A DNA stretch of 62,012 bases from contig CAZQWH010000005.1 of assembly GCA_964597145.1 (NCBI GenBank), forward strand, positions 1 to 62,012, in the 5' to 3' direction. Below, one piece after another: positions 26,973-34,909 of this stretch; the stretch's first letter is position 1, and every line of letters begins with the position of its first letter. The notes beneath the pieces were generated by a model. That model was not told where the DNA came from. It ran no database searches and saw nothing but the letters and a program-made list of their open reading frames with translations. Position numbers and translations under genes: made by a program. This DNA is from an uncultured Candidatus Saccharibacteria bacterium. GTDB taxonomy: Bacteria; Patescibacteriota; CAZHWT01.

Positions 26973-27551
26973 ATGTTTGGGCTCGGAGTTGTTGAAACGG
27001 CCGCCGTTTTGGTCATCATTGTCATTATCATAGTCCTGTATCGGTCATCATCCAGCCAGTCCAAAGGCCAGGTTGTTGATTATCGGGAGATAGAATTTTA
27101 TCAGCAAGAGAAGCAAGAAGCGAAAGAGGACAAAGGATCGCACTGCCGTACCCGCGACGAACGCAACCAGGGTATACACGCGAGCGGTTCTGACTTTAAA
27201 GATTCAGATCGACTGCAGTCGGGTCGTTCTGACTCTTTAAGGGAGGACAGAGATAGCAAATCACAAATGCGCCGCATACCTCTAGGTACACCGCAGTCAT
27301 TGCGCGCTGCAGAACAAAAATTGGACGAGGCTAAACAAGTCTTGGATCAAGTGCGACGTGATGCAGTCTGGTATCGACACCCTGAGCTGGTTGGATCTCA
27401 GGTCCAGCGGGCAGAAAAGGAAGTTGAAGTCTGTCGGGAGGTGCGCAATTGCATCCTGATTGAGTCTCGAGTGCAAAAAATGCGCATTAGAGGTCAAAGT
27501 AAGTCCGGCCGACAGTTCAAAATCGGGGTGGCGCCGCCAAGAGTCATGTAG
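26973..27551 (+). CDS. hypothetical N-terminally anchored, highly charged protein
   Basis: The ATG at 26973 is preceded by GGAGGG. Promoter at 26889-26917 and terminator at 27570-27608. Confidence 0.4.
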   Translation: MFGLGVVETAAVLVIIVIIIVLYRSSSSQSKGQVVDYREIEFYQQEKQEAKEDKGSHCRTRDERNQGIHASGSDFKDSDRLQSGRSDSLREDRDSKSQMRRIPLGTPQSLRAAEQKLDEAKQVLDQVRRDAVWYRHPELVGSQVQRAEKEVEVCREVRNCILIESRVQKMRIRGQSKSGRQFKIGVAPPRVM

Positions 27552-27569
27552 ACTTGGTGATCTTTCATT

Positions 27570-27608
27570 GCCCTAGTTGGATATAAAAACATCCAACTAG
27601 GGCTTTTT
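27570..27608 (+). terminator. rho-independent terminator
   Basis: GCCCTAGTTGGAT-ataaaaac-ATCCAACTAGGGC followed by TTTTT. Confidence 0.75.
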
Positions 27609-27636
27609 CATACCCAAGCATCTGGATGGCGAATTG

Positions 27637-27696
27637 CAAAACGTATTCAGGGATACGGGATACAGGATGCGTGATACGGAAGGCAGGAGGCAGAAC
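27637..27696. repeat. end motif AAAACGTATTCAGGGATAC plus a degenerate heptamer array
   Basis: CAGGGAT ACGGGAT ACAGGAT GCGTGAT ACGGAAG GCAGGAG GCAGAAC. Confidence 0.8.
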
Positions 27697-27737
27697 TGCT
27701 GCGCGAGTGAAACACGAAGTTCGACCTCCCTCCTTCC

Positions 27738-27764
27738 CGTCATTCCGACCAACGTGGAGGAATC
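27738..27764 (+). repeat. hairpin module CGTCATTCCGACCAACGTGGAGGAATC
   Basis: Stem ATTCC/GGAAT inside conserved GTCAT..ATC flanks. Confidence 0.8.
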
Positions 27765-27836
27765 TTCCAATGCCAGGGTAGGTTGATACGGGCTACGAAG
27801 ATCCGCCTGGCCTATCTGTAGGCAAGTGACGGGCAG

Positions 27837-27920
27837 GATTGCCACAGTCGCTCTCACTCCTTATTCAAACCTGAGCGATGAGGTCGCCAGAGATCAGAGT
27901 CGAATGGCTTCGCAATGACG
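27837..27920 (-). repeat. 84-nt nested hairpin module (GATTGCC...CGCAATGAC)
   Basis: Homologous to 51151-51231 and to the interior of 3417-3531. Confidence 0.8.
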
Positions 27921-27948
27921 ATACCGTCGACTCCAGACACCCTCCCCG

Positions 27949-27985
27949 GTCATTCTGGAACAGAGCGTAGTGGGGAGATAGAATC
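27949..27985 (+). repeat. 37-nt hairpin module GTCATTCTGGAACAGAGCGTAGTGGGGAGATAGAATC
   Basis: Variant of the module at 12424-12460 in the same context: it is followed by CCTTC and a heptamer array. Confidence 0.9.
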
Positions 27986-27990
27986 CCTTC

Positions 27991-28046
27991 CACAGTCCAC
28001 AGTCCACAGTCCACAGTCCACAGTCCACAGTCCACAGTCCACAGTC
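27991..28046. repeat. heptamer tandem array (CACAGTC)x8
   Basis: Eight perfect units, followed by CAACCTCCCCC and a promoter-like site upstream of the 28093 ORF. Confidence 0.95.
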
Positions 28047-28092
28047 CAACCTCCCCCTTTACGTACTCTATTCAACCCGGTAATCTTATCCC

Positions 28093-28416
28093 ATGGCATC
28101 CCTTCAACATCGCGGCGGAAAGTACGGCAAAATTGTTTTAAAGCATCACCCAATTAAAGGATTGGTGAAGGCTCTGGAGCCACTCGAGGCTCTAACAGAA
28201 GTGCAAACTATCATGCCTGGGGTCATAACTTCAGTGAGAGGTCGTCCGATTGGCAGTCGTCAGCAAGGTGGATTGGTCCTCAAGCTCCAATACATAGCCC
28301 CCGATGGACATATCCGGCTACTGGCCCGGCAAGGCAACACTACGCAAGAGGTGCGAGTTATTGGCCAAGGTTCACAATCATTATTTCATCAAATCAAACG
28401 TCTCATTGCCGGATAA
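28093..28416 (+). CDS. hypothetical protein
   Basis: 107-aa ORF directly downstream of the hairpin module, heptamer array and promoter block. Confidence 0.4.
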   Translation: MASLQHRGGKYGKIVLKHHPIKGLVKALEPLEALTEVQTIMPGVITSVRGRPIGSRQQGGLVLKLQYIAPDGHIRLLARQGNTTQEVRVIGQGSQSLFHQIKRLIAG

Positions 28417-28432
28417 TCATGAGTAGGCTGCC

Positions 28433-28462
28433 TGTCAATTTAGCTATGGCAGATGCTAAAAT
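28433..28462 (+). promoter_or_regulatory. sigma70-like promoter TGTCAA-18-TAAAAT upstream of the pilin-like gene
   Basis: Read directly. RBS AGGGGG at 28481. Confidence 0.4.
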
Positions 28463-28495
28463 GGGTATACCATGCAATAAAGGGGGTGAAGTACA

Positions 28496-29104
28496 ATGAC
28501 CAAACAATCTGGATTTGGGATGATAGAAATAGTGGTTGCTCTAGTAGTAGTTGCCGTTTTAGCCGCTGCAGGGTTCTTGTTTGTCCAGGGCATAAATAAG
28601 CAACAAGAATCAGCAAATAATTCCAGCACCGAATCAGCTTCAATGTCGGATCACGACCATATGTCGATGTCAAACGAAGATCATCAAGCAATGATGGCAG
28701 ATTGGCAAACCTTTACCAGCGACCAATATGGCTTCACATTCAGCTACCCTCAAGATTGGACAGTTGAGGAAACTACGGTTGAGGCGTTTCCCAACCAGCC
28801 CAATGCCATTGTCAAAAATAAAGCCGGCCAGATTATTCTCGGGGTTTATGGGTACTTAGGCACCGGCTGTGAAGACACGCCAACTGGTAATGAGCCTACC
28901 GAAGTGCTAACCATAGCCGATACCGAAGTCATAGTAGCCAAGGATTGTAACTCGAGCTGGCATTGGATTACTGCCAAGTCACATGATGGTAGCGATCTAT
29001 TTATTACCACCCAAGGTTTCCTTGGACAGCCCGAAGAAGAAGACGCCCGCATGCTCTTGCAAAGCCTAACCGGAATCAGTGACAGTAAGGGAAATGTTAA
29101 CTAA
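28496..29104 (+). CDS. type IV pilin-like protein (prepilin-type N-terminal cleavage/methylation domain)
   Basis: N-terminus MTKQSGFGMIEIVVALVVVAVLAAAG, matching the G/F-x-x-x-E class III signal. RBS AGGGGG. Confidence 0.65.
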   Translation: MTKQSGFGMIEIVVALVVVAVLAAAGFLFVQGINKQQESANNSSTESASMSDHDHMSMSNEDHQAMMADWQTFTSDQYGFTFSYPQDWTVEETTVEAFPNQPNAIVKNKAGQIILGVYGYLGTGCEDTPTGNEPTEVLTIADTEVIVAKDCNSSWHWITAKSHDGSDLFITTQGFLGQPEEEDARMLLQSLTGISDSKGNVN

Positions 29105-29146
29105 GTAAGCGGGCAAGCAAGCGCTGAAATGAAAATGATATTCTAC

Positions 29147-29180
29147 AAAACACCGGCCGAGTAAGGCTGGTGTTTTTATT
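29147..29180. terminator. terminator between convergent pilin-cluster genes
   Basis: ACACCGGCC-gagtaa-GGCTGGTGT followed by TTTTTATTT, with an A-run on the other side. Confidence 0.6.
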
Positions 29181-29199
29181 TGCGCACAGCTGTAGCGTA

Positions 29200-30438
29200 T
29201 TAAGTTGGTCGGTTAGGATCGGGCTGCAGGTCTGATGACTCTTCCTGGCTGGTGGTGGCTAGTGGCTGTTCGGCTGGTGGCATAGCTGCAATAACTGATT
29301 CTGGTGGAGCAGCTGGAGGAGGAGTACTCGTAGCATGATCTTCGGCAGTTGGTAGTGGCTGGACCGGTGCTGGCGCTGTTGCCGTTTGTTGTTGGCCGGG
29401 TATAGGTGCAATCGTAGGCGTAGCTGGATGAGTTGGGGCTTCTGTTGCAACGGGTGCTGGATTGGCAGTCGGAGTACTACTAGCTGGCGGTGTTGGCTCA
29501 GTTGCTGGCGATTGCATTGGAGCCGCAGGTTGAACTAGCTCCTCTACGGGAGCGGAGGGGATTGGTAGGCTGGGCGGGGTGGTAGCCGATTGTGGCGTCG
29601 AGTTAGATGCAGGTGTAACTGTCGGTTGTTGGCCATTCGGCACCGCTAGGCCAGCTGGGGATGCTGGGGTAGTAGGCTTAGCGTGGTCTGGGTGAGGAAT
29701 TTGCTGAACAGCCGATGGTTGCTCTTGGCCACTGCTGACTCGGTAATTATATGCGCCCCAAGACCGCAGTAAATTATCCTGTTTGTTGTAATTCACCTGC
29801 TCATCTTTCTTTGGTTCTTCTAGGTGAGCGTAAAGGGAGAACTTTTGCCCATTTTCCTTGGGGTAATAAATGTACTGATTAACCTGTTGTTTAGCTTGGT
29901 AGTCAATGGCGGGGTCACTAATGGGCCAATCTGGTAGGTAACGAACCATATGCTCTTTATTGGGAAGACCGTAGTAATTCCAATCATTAGATAAATTGAC
30001 GCCAGTATAATATTGAGGCAGATAGGTAGCCGATAATGGATACTGTCCATGCTCTTGGCGATACGCTTCAAAAGCTTGGGCTAAGCGGGCTAAGTCCTGC
30101 TTGCGTTTATTATCTCGTTCGCGACGTTGTGAATCTTTATATTTAACTACCGCCAACACAATCACAATCAACAGTAAAACGATAACCAGTAAAATGCTGG
30201 AGCTCACAATTGAAACCGGAGACCGTTGTGGCACTTCGATCGTGCTACTGGCACTTGCCTGGGCCGAGCTTTCAAGCCGCGGAGTGGCCACAAAGTTAGC
30301 CGGATCACCCTGAGACTGAATCGGAGCAAAAATAAAATACAATATATTAAATACCACTACCAAAACAATGGTTGCAATCGAAATGGTAGAGACTAGTTTT
30401 TGGTTGTGTTGTACAAATTCCATAGATACTATAAGCAA
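29200..30438 (-). CDS. membrane protein with a pseudopilin-like globular domain and a P/T/A-rich tail
   Basis: 412 aa. TM helices, then RKQDLARLAQAFEAYRQEHGQYP (a pilin head-domain signature), then a long proline-rich C-terminus. Confidence 0.5.
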   Translation of the reverse strand: MLIVSMEFVQHNQKLVSTISIATIVLVVVFNILYFIFAPIQSQGDPANFVATPRLESSAQASASSTIEVPQRSPVSIVSSSILLVIVLLLIVIVLAVVKYKDSQRRERDNKRKQDLARLAQAFEAYRQEHGQYPLSATYLPQYYTGVNLSNDWNYYGLPNKEHMVRYLPDWPISDPAIDYQAKQQVNQYIYYPKENGQKFSLYAHLEEPKKDEQVNYNKQDNLLRSWGAYNYRVSSGQEQPSAVQQIPHPDHAKPTTPASPAGLAVPNGQQPTVTPASNSTPQSATTPPSLPIPSAPVEELVQPAAPMQSPATEPTPPASSTPTANPAPVATEAPTHPATPTIAPIPGQQQTATAPAPVQPLPTAEDHATSTPPPAAPPESVIAAMPPAEQPLATTSQEESSDLQPDPNRPT

Positions 30439-31109
30439 GCCAAGCCTGGAGTATACACCGCATAGGCGTAATCAGGACGAACCGGATCTACAAAAGCCCG
30501 GAGCTCAGGCTGGCCAGCTGGCCGAGGGTTAAAGTAGGTGCTATCATGGCTCGTCGGCTCGGTGCAATAGGGTGTAGTCGAGTAGAAGTCTCCAGTATTG
30601 AGTACCGATTTTGGTGGGGTGCAAAACGCAAATAATTTGTAATCAGTATTATTTGGCGGCGAAGGGGAGTAGTAAACATAGCCAGCATACGAGTTGCTGG
30701 GAATAGGGTTGCAGGCACTGCCTTGGTTGGTCCGCGTGTCTTGGGGTAAGTACTTAATAAATCCGTCAATAACTAAATGAGGTATCCAGTTATTAATACC
30801 CTTGGCCTGGTAATCCGCATAGGTACAATCTTGGCACCAATATTCACCATTAGTAGAAGGGTATTTGCCTCTATGCGCCGTGGCGTAATTTTCCAACGCG
30901 TTGCGAAGCACCGACAGATCGGTTTGGCGCTGGCTGTTGCCAGCTTCAGCAATTCGAGTAGCTGGGTTAACCGCAATTAAGACAATAGTCGCCAAAATAC
31001 TAACAATGGCGATCACCAGCAACATCTCGACTAAAACAAACCCTTGCGAGGCGCGCGACCACCGCGATAATTGTTGTAGCAATGGAAAATGGGCAGAACT
31101 ACCAACCAT
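30429..31109 (-). CDS. type IV pilin / T2SS pseudopilin-like protein
   Basis: GFVLVEMLLVIAIVSILATIVLIAV prepilin helix, followed by RQTDLSVLRNALENY. Confidence 0.65.
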   Translation of the reverse strand: MVGSSAHFPLLQQLSRWSRASQGFVLVEMLLVIAIVSILATIVLIAVNPATRIAEAGNSQRQTDLSVLRNALENYATAHRGKYPSTNGEYWCQDCTYADYQAKGINNWIPHLVIDGFIKYLPQDTRTNQGSACNPIPSNSYAGYVYYSPSPPNNTDYKLFAFCTPPKSVLNTGDFYSTTPYCTEPTSHDSTYFNPRPAGQPELRAFVDPVRPDYAYAVYTPGLACL

Positions 31110-31259
31110 GATACTAGTCTATCGTATTTACCCTTAAGGTGCAAAGGGTAGCCAGCACAACTCGTTGCCAGTAATGGGCGGTGGACCAAAAGACTCTCTC
31201 GCCAAAAATTCCCTTCTCAATCCACGCAACCTGCTAAAATCCCCGTCAACGCTTAACGC

Positions 31260-32774
31260 TCACCCAACGGGGCAGGTAATAATTTGCTGACTCAGCCATT
31301 CACGTCCGTCGCGATGCAGTAGTTCATCGGCAGCTTGTGGTCCCCAGCTGCCTGCTGGATACAAGGCCGGCTGTGCTGATTGGTCATCCCAGGCTTCAAG
31401 GGCTGTGGTTATGCTAGCCCAACTACCCTCCACTTCATCGCTACGCAAAAACAAGGTTTGGTCGCCAGCGAGTGCGTCTAAGAGTAATCGCTCGTAGGCA
31501 TCGGGGCTATCACCAAATGCGCTGCGGTAGCAAAACTCCATCCGGACGGGCTGCAGCCGCATAGTTAACCCCGGCTCCTTAACCGACATGCGCAGCGAAA
31601 TACCTTCATCTGGCTGTATCCGGAGCGTCAAAACATTTGAAACCACGGTATGCTCAGCCTGGCCAAAAATGTCAGCATCTGACTTTTTAAATTCAATCGT
31701 AATTTCAGTGACGCGTCGCTCTAACCGTTTGCCCGTGCGAACATAAAACGGTACATCTCGCCAACGATTGGTATCAATCCCCAGTTTCATCGCCACATAG
31801 GTACCAGTGGTAGAAGTATTGGCTACCTTAGGCTCATCACGATAGCCAACAACCGGCTGGCCGCTAATCTGTCCCTTATCGTACTGGCCATAAATCCAGA
31901 CGGGGTGGTTGTCTTTAGCTAAGCTAACTCTCGACAAAACTTCCATTTTAGCCTGACGAATATCTTCAGCCGACAAACTGCGTGGCTCTTCCATAGCCAC
32001 CAAGCTAAGTAACTGTAAAACATGGCTTTGGCCCATATCCCGCAGTGCTCCTACCATATCATAATAATCACCACGGTTCTCAACTCCCAACGTCTCGGCT
32101 ACGGTAATTTGAACATTATCAATATAATCAGCACACCAGGTTGGTTCAAATAATCGGTTGGCAAAGCGGAAGGCTAAAATATTCTGAACCGATTCTTTGC
32201 CTAAATAATGGTCAATCCGGTAAATTTGATCTTCGGTGTAGGTTTGAAGTAGCTGGGCATTTAAAGCTCGAGCGCTTGCCAAGTTATGACCAAACGGCTT
32301 TTCAATCACCAGTCGCGTCCATTCGTCGTGAATAGAGCAATTTTGGCTTAAGCCAACCCGTTGCAAATGGGAAAAAATGGCATTATACATCGAGGGCTTA
32401 GTGGCAAGGTAAAGGAGCGTGTTAAGGCAGGTTGGATTATCCCGTATAGATAGCTCTTTGAGCCGGTGGGCTAGGGCATCATAGCCTTCAGGTTGGTCAA
32501 ACTCCCCTTGGATATACTCTATCTTCTGGGTGAATGTTTGCCAGCTATCCTCATCTAATTCATGACGATAGTGCTGCGCAATAGCTGGCTTAATTTCATC
32601 GATATACGATTGTTGAGTATATGGCCGGCGAGCAAAAGCTAATATGTGTATAGCATTCGGCAAGGCCTTAATTTTTGAAAGATGGTACAACGCCGGGATT
32701 AGTTTGCGTTTAGTTAAGTCACCAGTAGCACCCAAAATGACAATGGCAACTGGAGATGAATCAGACTCGAACAT
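31260..32774 (-). CDS. zwf: glucose-6-phosphate 1-dehydrogenase
   Basis: 504 aa. ILGATGDLTKRKLIPALY, RIDHYLGKE and EKPFG motifs. Confidence 0.9.
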   Translation of the reverse strand: MFESDSSPVAIVILGATGDLTKRKLIPALYHLSKIKALPNAIHILAFARRPYTQQSYIDEIKPAIAQHYRHELDEDSWQTFTQKIEYIQGEFDQPEGYDALAHRLKELSIRDNPTCLNTLLYLATKPSMYNAIFSHLQRVGLSQNCSIHDEWTRLVIEKPFGHNLASARALNAQLLQTYTEDQIYRIDHYLGKESVQNILAFRFANRLFEPTWCADYIDNVQITVAETLGVENRGDYYDMVGALRDMGQSHVLQLLSLVAMEEPRSLSAEDIRQAKMEVLSRVSLAKDNHPVWIYGQYDKGQISGQPVVGYRDEPKVANTSTTGTYVAMKLGIDTNRWRDVPFYVRTGKRLERRVTEITIEFKKSDADIFGQAEHTVVSNVLTLRIQPDEGISLRMSVKEPGLTMRLQPVRMEFCYRSAFGDSPDAYERLLLDALAGDQTLFLRSDEVEGSWASITTALEAWDDQSAQPALYPAGSWGPQAADELLHRDGREWLSQQIITCPVG

Positions 32775-32789
32775 ACCCTAATTGTAGGT

Positions 32790-32810
32790 CGCCAAAGGCC
32801 AAAGGTCAAA
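32790..32810. repeat. short heptamer array GCCAAAG x2 GTCAAAG
   Basis: Read directly. Lies upstream of zwf. Confidence 0.7.
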
Positions 32811-32897
32811 GATTGCATTGCAAGGCCATAGTCAAATTTTTAACATATAACTCGCCAGCTGACGAATGAATTTAGCCTTTTAGCTTATTTGGCTAGG

Positions 32898-34061
32898 CTA
32901 GTAGCTAACGGCACTGCCACTTGGCACCGATATAACCCAAATCTGGCCACGGTTTAAGGCAATCTTCTTGCCCTGGCTATCAGTAATCAAAGTCCGGCTG
33001 TCGCGGCTATCTTTGCGCCAGGTACCTTCCGTACTCATACCATCCTCAATCACCACTGCTTCGCCCGACCCAATATTGTCCACCCGAACGGCAGCGTGGC
33101 CGTTCGTATCAACATAGTTAGTTACCGGTTGCATCAGTAAAATAATAGTTTTGGGATTCAATTGCTGGCCAGCAGCATCAACATGGGGTTGGCCGCCAGT
33201 TGAGCGCAGATACGTGTTAGATTCTGGCTGGTAATCAAAATGGGCAGCATAGCCAAAAGTGCCTAAGAAACCAAGGTCTATGGCTTGGCTCACCGGACGA
33301 GCATCTGCTGCCGCGTCATCTTTAAACGACCATGCATCAAAAGTAGCTGAGCTCTCCCACCCCTGTTTCTGGGCAGTTTTGCGGAGGCCCTCCATCGAAG
33401 TCGCCCCAGTATGCTCCAACGATCGGCCGGTTGAGTAGTCGCGATAAAAAGCGCCGGCATAGCGGAATTGGTCCAAATCCTTGGGGCGGGAATGACTATG
33501 CAAAAAATCAAGTGCTTCGGCACTGCCTCCCCAGTGGGCATAGATCGCATCATACTCCGCCGCCCAATTAATAAAGTGCAGCCTGGCCGAGCGCACCGGC
33601 ATAATTTTAGCCGGGCTATTGTGTAAGTAAAGCGCCATAAAGCGCGTAATGCCACCTTCGGCCATTGCTTCGTATATCATCTCGGCTTCGGCTAGGCCAG
33701 CTTGTGGTCGGGCGGCGGTATGGTTTTCTATCATTACCGCCATTGGCCGTCTGTCTTTAAATTGCTCAGCTTCCGCCTTGGTATAAAGAATACCATTCAA
33801 CGGATTGGGAATACTCGGCACTTCAGGAGTTGGCGTAGGAATGACCGGAATATACTTAGCGATTGGTGATGAAGGTTGGGATTGGATATACCAGTACAAA
33901 CCACCAGCTGCCGCGATTAGCAATACACCTAGCCCTCCAACTAAGCTGCGCCGTCGTTTAATCCAGACTCTTTTCCACCACGACAGCGCCTGGTTTTTGG
34001 GTTTAGCCTGGCTTAGCGCTTTTGAGTCATCTAGATCTACAGCAAGTACTTTTTGGGGCAT
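32898..34061 (-). CDS. DUF3048-domain secreted protein
   Basis: Start trimmed to the ATG at 34061, because the upstream ORF extension covers repeat sequence. RPMAVMIENHTAARPQAGL..IYEAMAEGGITRFMALY. Confidence 0.6.
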   Translation of the reverse strand: MPQKVLAVDLDDSKALSQAKPKNQALSWWKRVWIKRRRSLVGGLGVLLIAAAGGLYWYIQSQPSSPIAKYIPVIPTPTPEVPSIPNPLNGILYTKAEAEQFKDRRPMAVMIENHTAARPQAGLAEAEMIYEAMAEGGITRFMALYLHNSPAKIMPVRSARLHFINWAAEYDAIYAHWGGSAEALDFLHSHSRPKDLDQFRYAGAFYRDYSTGRSLEHTGATSMEGLRKTAQKQGWESSATFDAWSFKDDAAADARPVSQAIDLGFLGTFGYAAHFDYQPESNTYLRSTGGQPHVDAAGQQLNPKTIILLMQPVTNYVDTNGHAAVRVDNIGSGEAVVIEDGMSTEGTWRKDSRDSRTLITDSQGKKIALNRGQIWVISVPSGSAVSY

Positions 34062-34090
34062 ACCGTTTATTATACAGGATAGGGCGGGGA

Positions 34091-34173
34091 GGGGAATACG
34101 GTACACGGAATTCGGGATACAGAAGACGGTAGACGAGATTCTATCTCTTCGCTTCGCTACGCTCCAGAATGAC
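34091..34173 (-). repeat. degenerate heptamer array plus a 37-nt hairpin module (reverse orientation)
   Basis: GGGGAAT ACGGTAC ACGGAAT TCGGGAT ACAGAAG ACGGTAG, then GATTCTATCTCTTCGCTTCGCTACGCTCCAGAATGAC (34137-34173). Confidence 0.85.
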
Positions 34174-34218
34174 GACAAGTATCTCGTATCTCGGTTTTCT
34201 GCTTAGTTTGGTATTTAT

Positions 34219-34316
34219 GATTTCGAACTTGAGGTTTGTTTCGATTTTCGGATTTCGTATTTCGGATTTCGAACTTTGTCTTCAGTCCTCAGTCTACCGT
34301 CTTCTGTATCGCGACT
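34219..34316. repeat. long degenerate heptamer array
   Basis: GATTTCG AACTTGA GGTTTGT TTCGATT TTCGGAT TTCGTAT TTCGGAT TTCGAAC TTTGTCT TCAGTCC TCAGTCT ACCGTCT TCTGTAT. Confidence 0.8.
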
Positions 34317-34323
34317 TATATAT

Positions 34324-34351
34324 GAAAAGCAGCCTCGGCGTGGAGGCTGCT
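34324..34351 (-). terminator. rho-independent terminator (minus strand)
   Basis: AGCAGCCTC-ggcgtg-GAGGCTGCT, with TTTT on the minus strand. Confidence 0.6.
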
Positions 34352-34383
34352 GGTCTTGATTAGTATGTTGTAAAAGACGTTAG

Positions 34384-34812
34384 CTATTCTTCTGTTTCGC
34401 CAGTCGGCGTGGCGCTTGGAGTTGCCTGGGCATCATCACCAATAGTAACCGGTGCGACATTAATTACTTTGTTGGTACTAGGGCGATAGAGAAACGCTTT
34501 CTTAGCTTTAGCATAAATTAAAACTTTATCACCATTTTCAGCCTTAGAAAAAAACTCTTGGTCTTTTAGCTTATCCTTATCCTGAACAGTTGCCAAAGTT
34601 GGCTCACCGTTGGCAATATCGGCCTCGGGTAGGGCAATAATTTGAGACATTTCATCAATTAAGCGCTGCGTCTCTTCTTGGGCAGTCTTTTCTGGGTTAT
34701 TTAAGGCTTCCTGGGTCTTTTGGTACTGGTTGTAAAAATAATATGCAGTTCCACCCGCGCCAACTAGCACAATAACCAAGACAGCAATCACAATATTTTT
34801 AAGGGTAAACAT
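34384..34812 (-). CDS. hypothetical N-terminally anchored protein
   Basis: 142 aa with an N-terminal TM helix. Minus-strand terminator at 34324-34351. Confidence 0.5.
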   Translation of the reverse strand: MFTLKNIVIAVLVIVLVGAGGTAYYFYNQYQKTQEALNNPEKTAQEETQRLIDEMSQIIALPEADIANGEPTLATVQDKDKLKDQEFFSKAENGDKVLIYAKAKKAFLYRPSTNKVINVAPVTIGDDAQATPSATPTGETEE

Positions 34813-34909
34813 GTAAGGTCTCCATTTATGTTGATACGTAATGAATTATTTGACTGTGTCATAGTAATAGATTTTCTAGTTAGCTGGCAAGTGGATAACC
34901 ATCCCGGTC

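Noticed and set aside
27991-28046. Regular short repeats here, at 12465-12520 and at 50761-50809 could be taken for CRISPR arrays.
   Set aside because: The units are 7 nt and directly tandem with no spacers. No cas genes are in the window. The period and length do not fit CRISPR.
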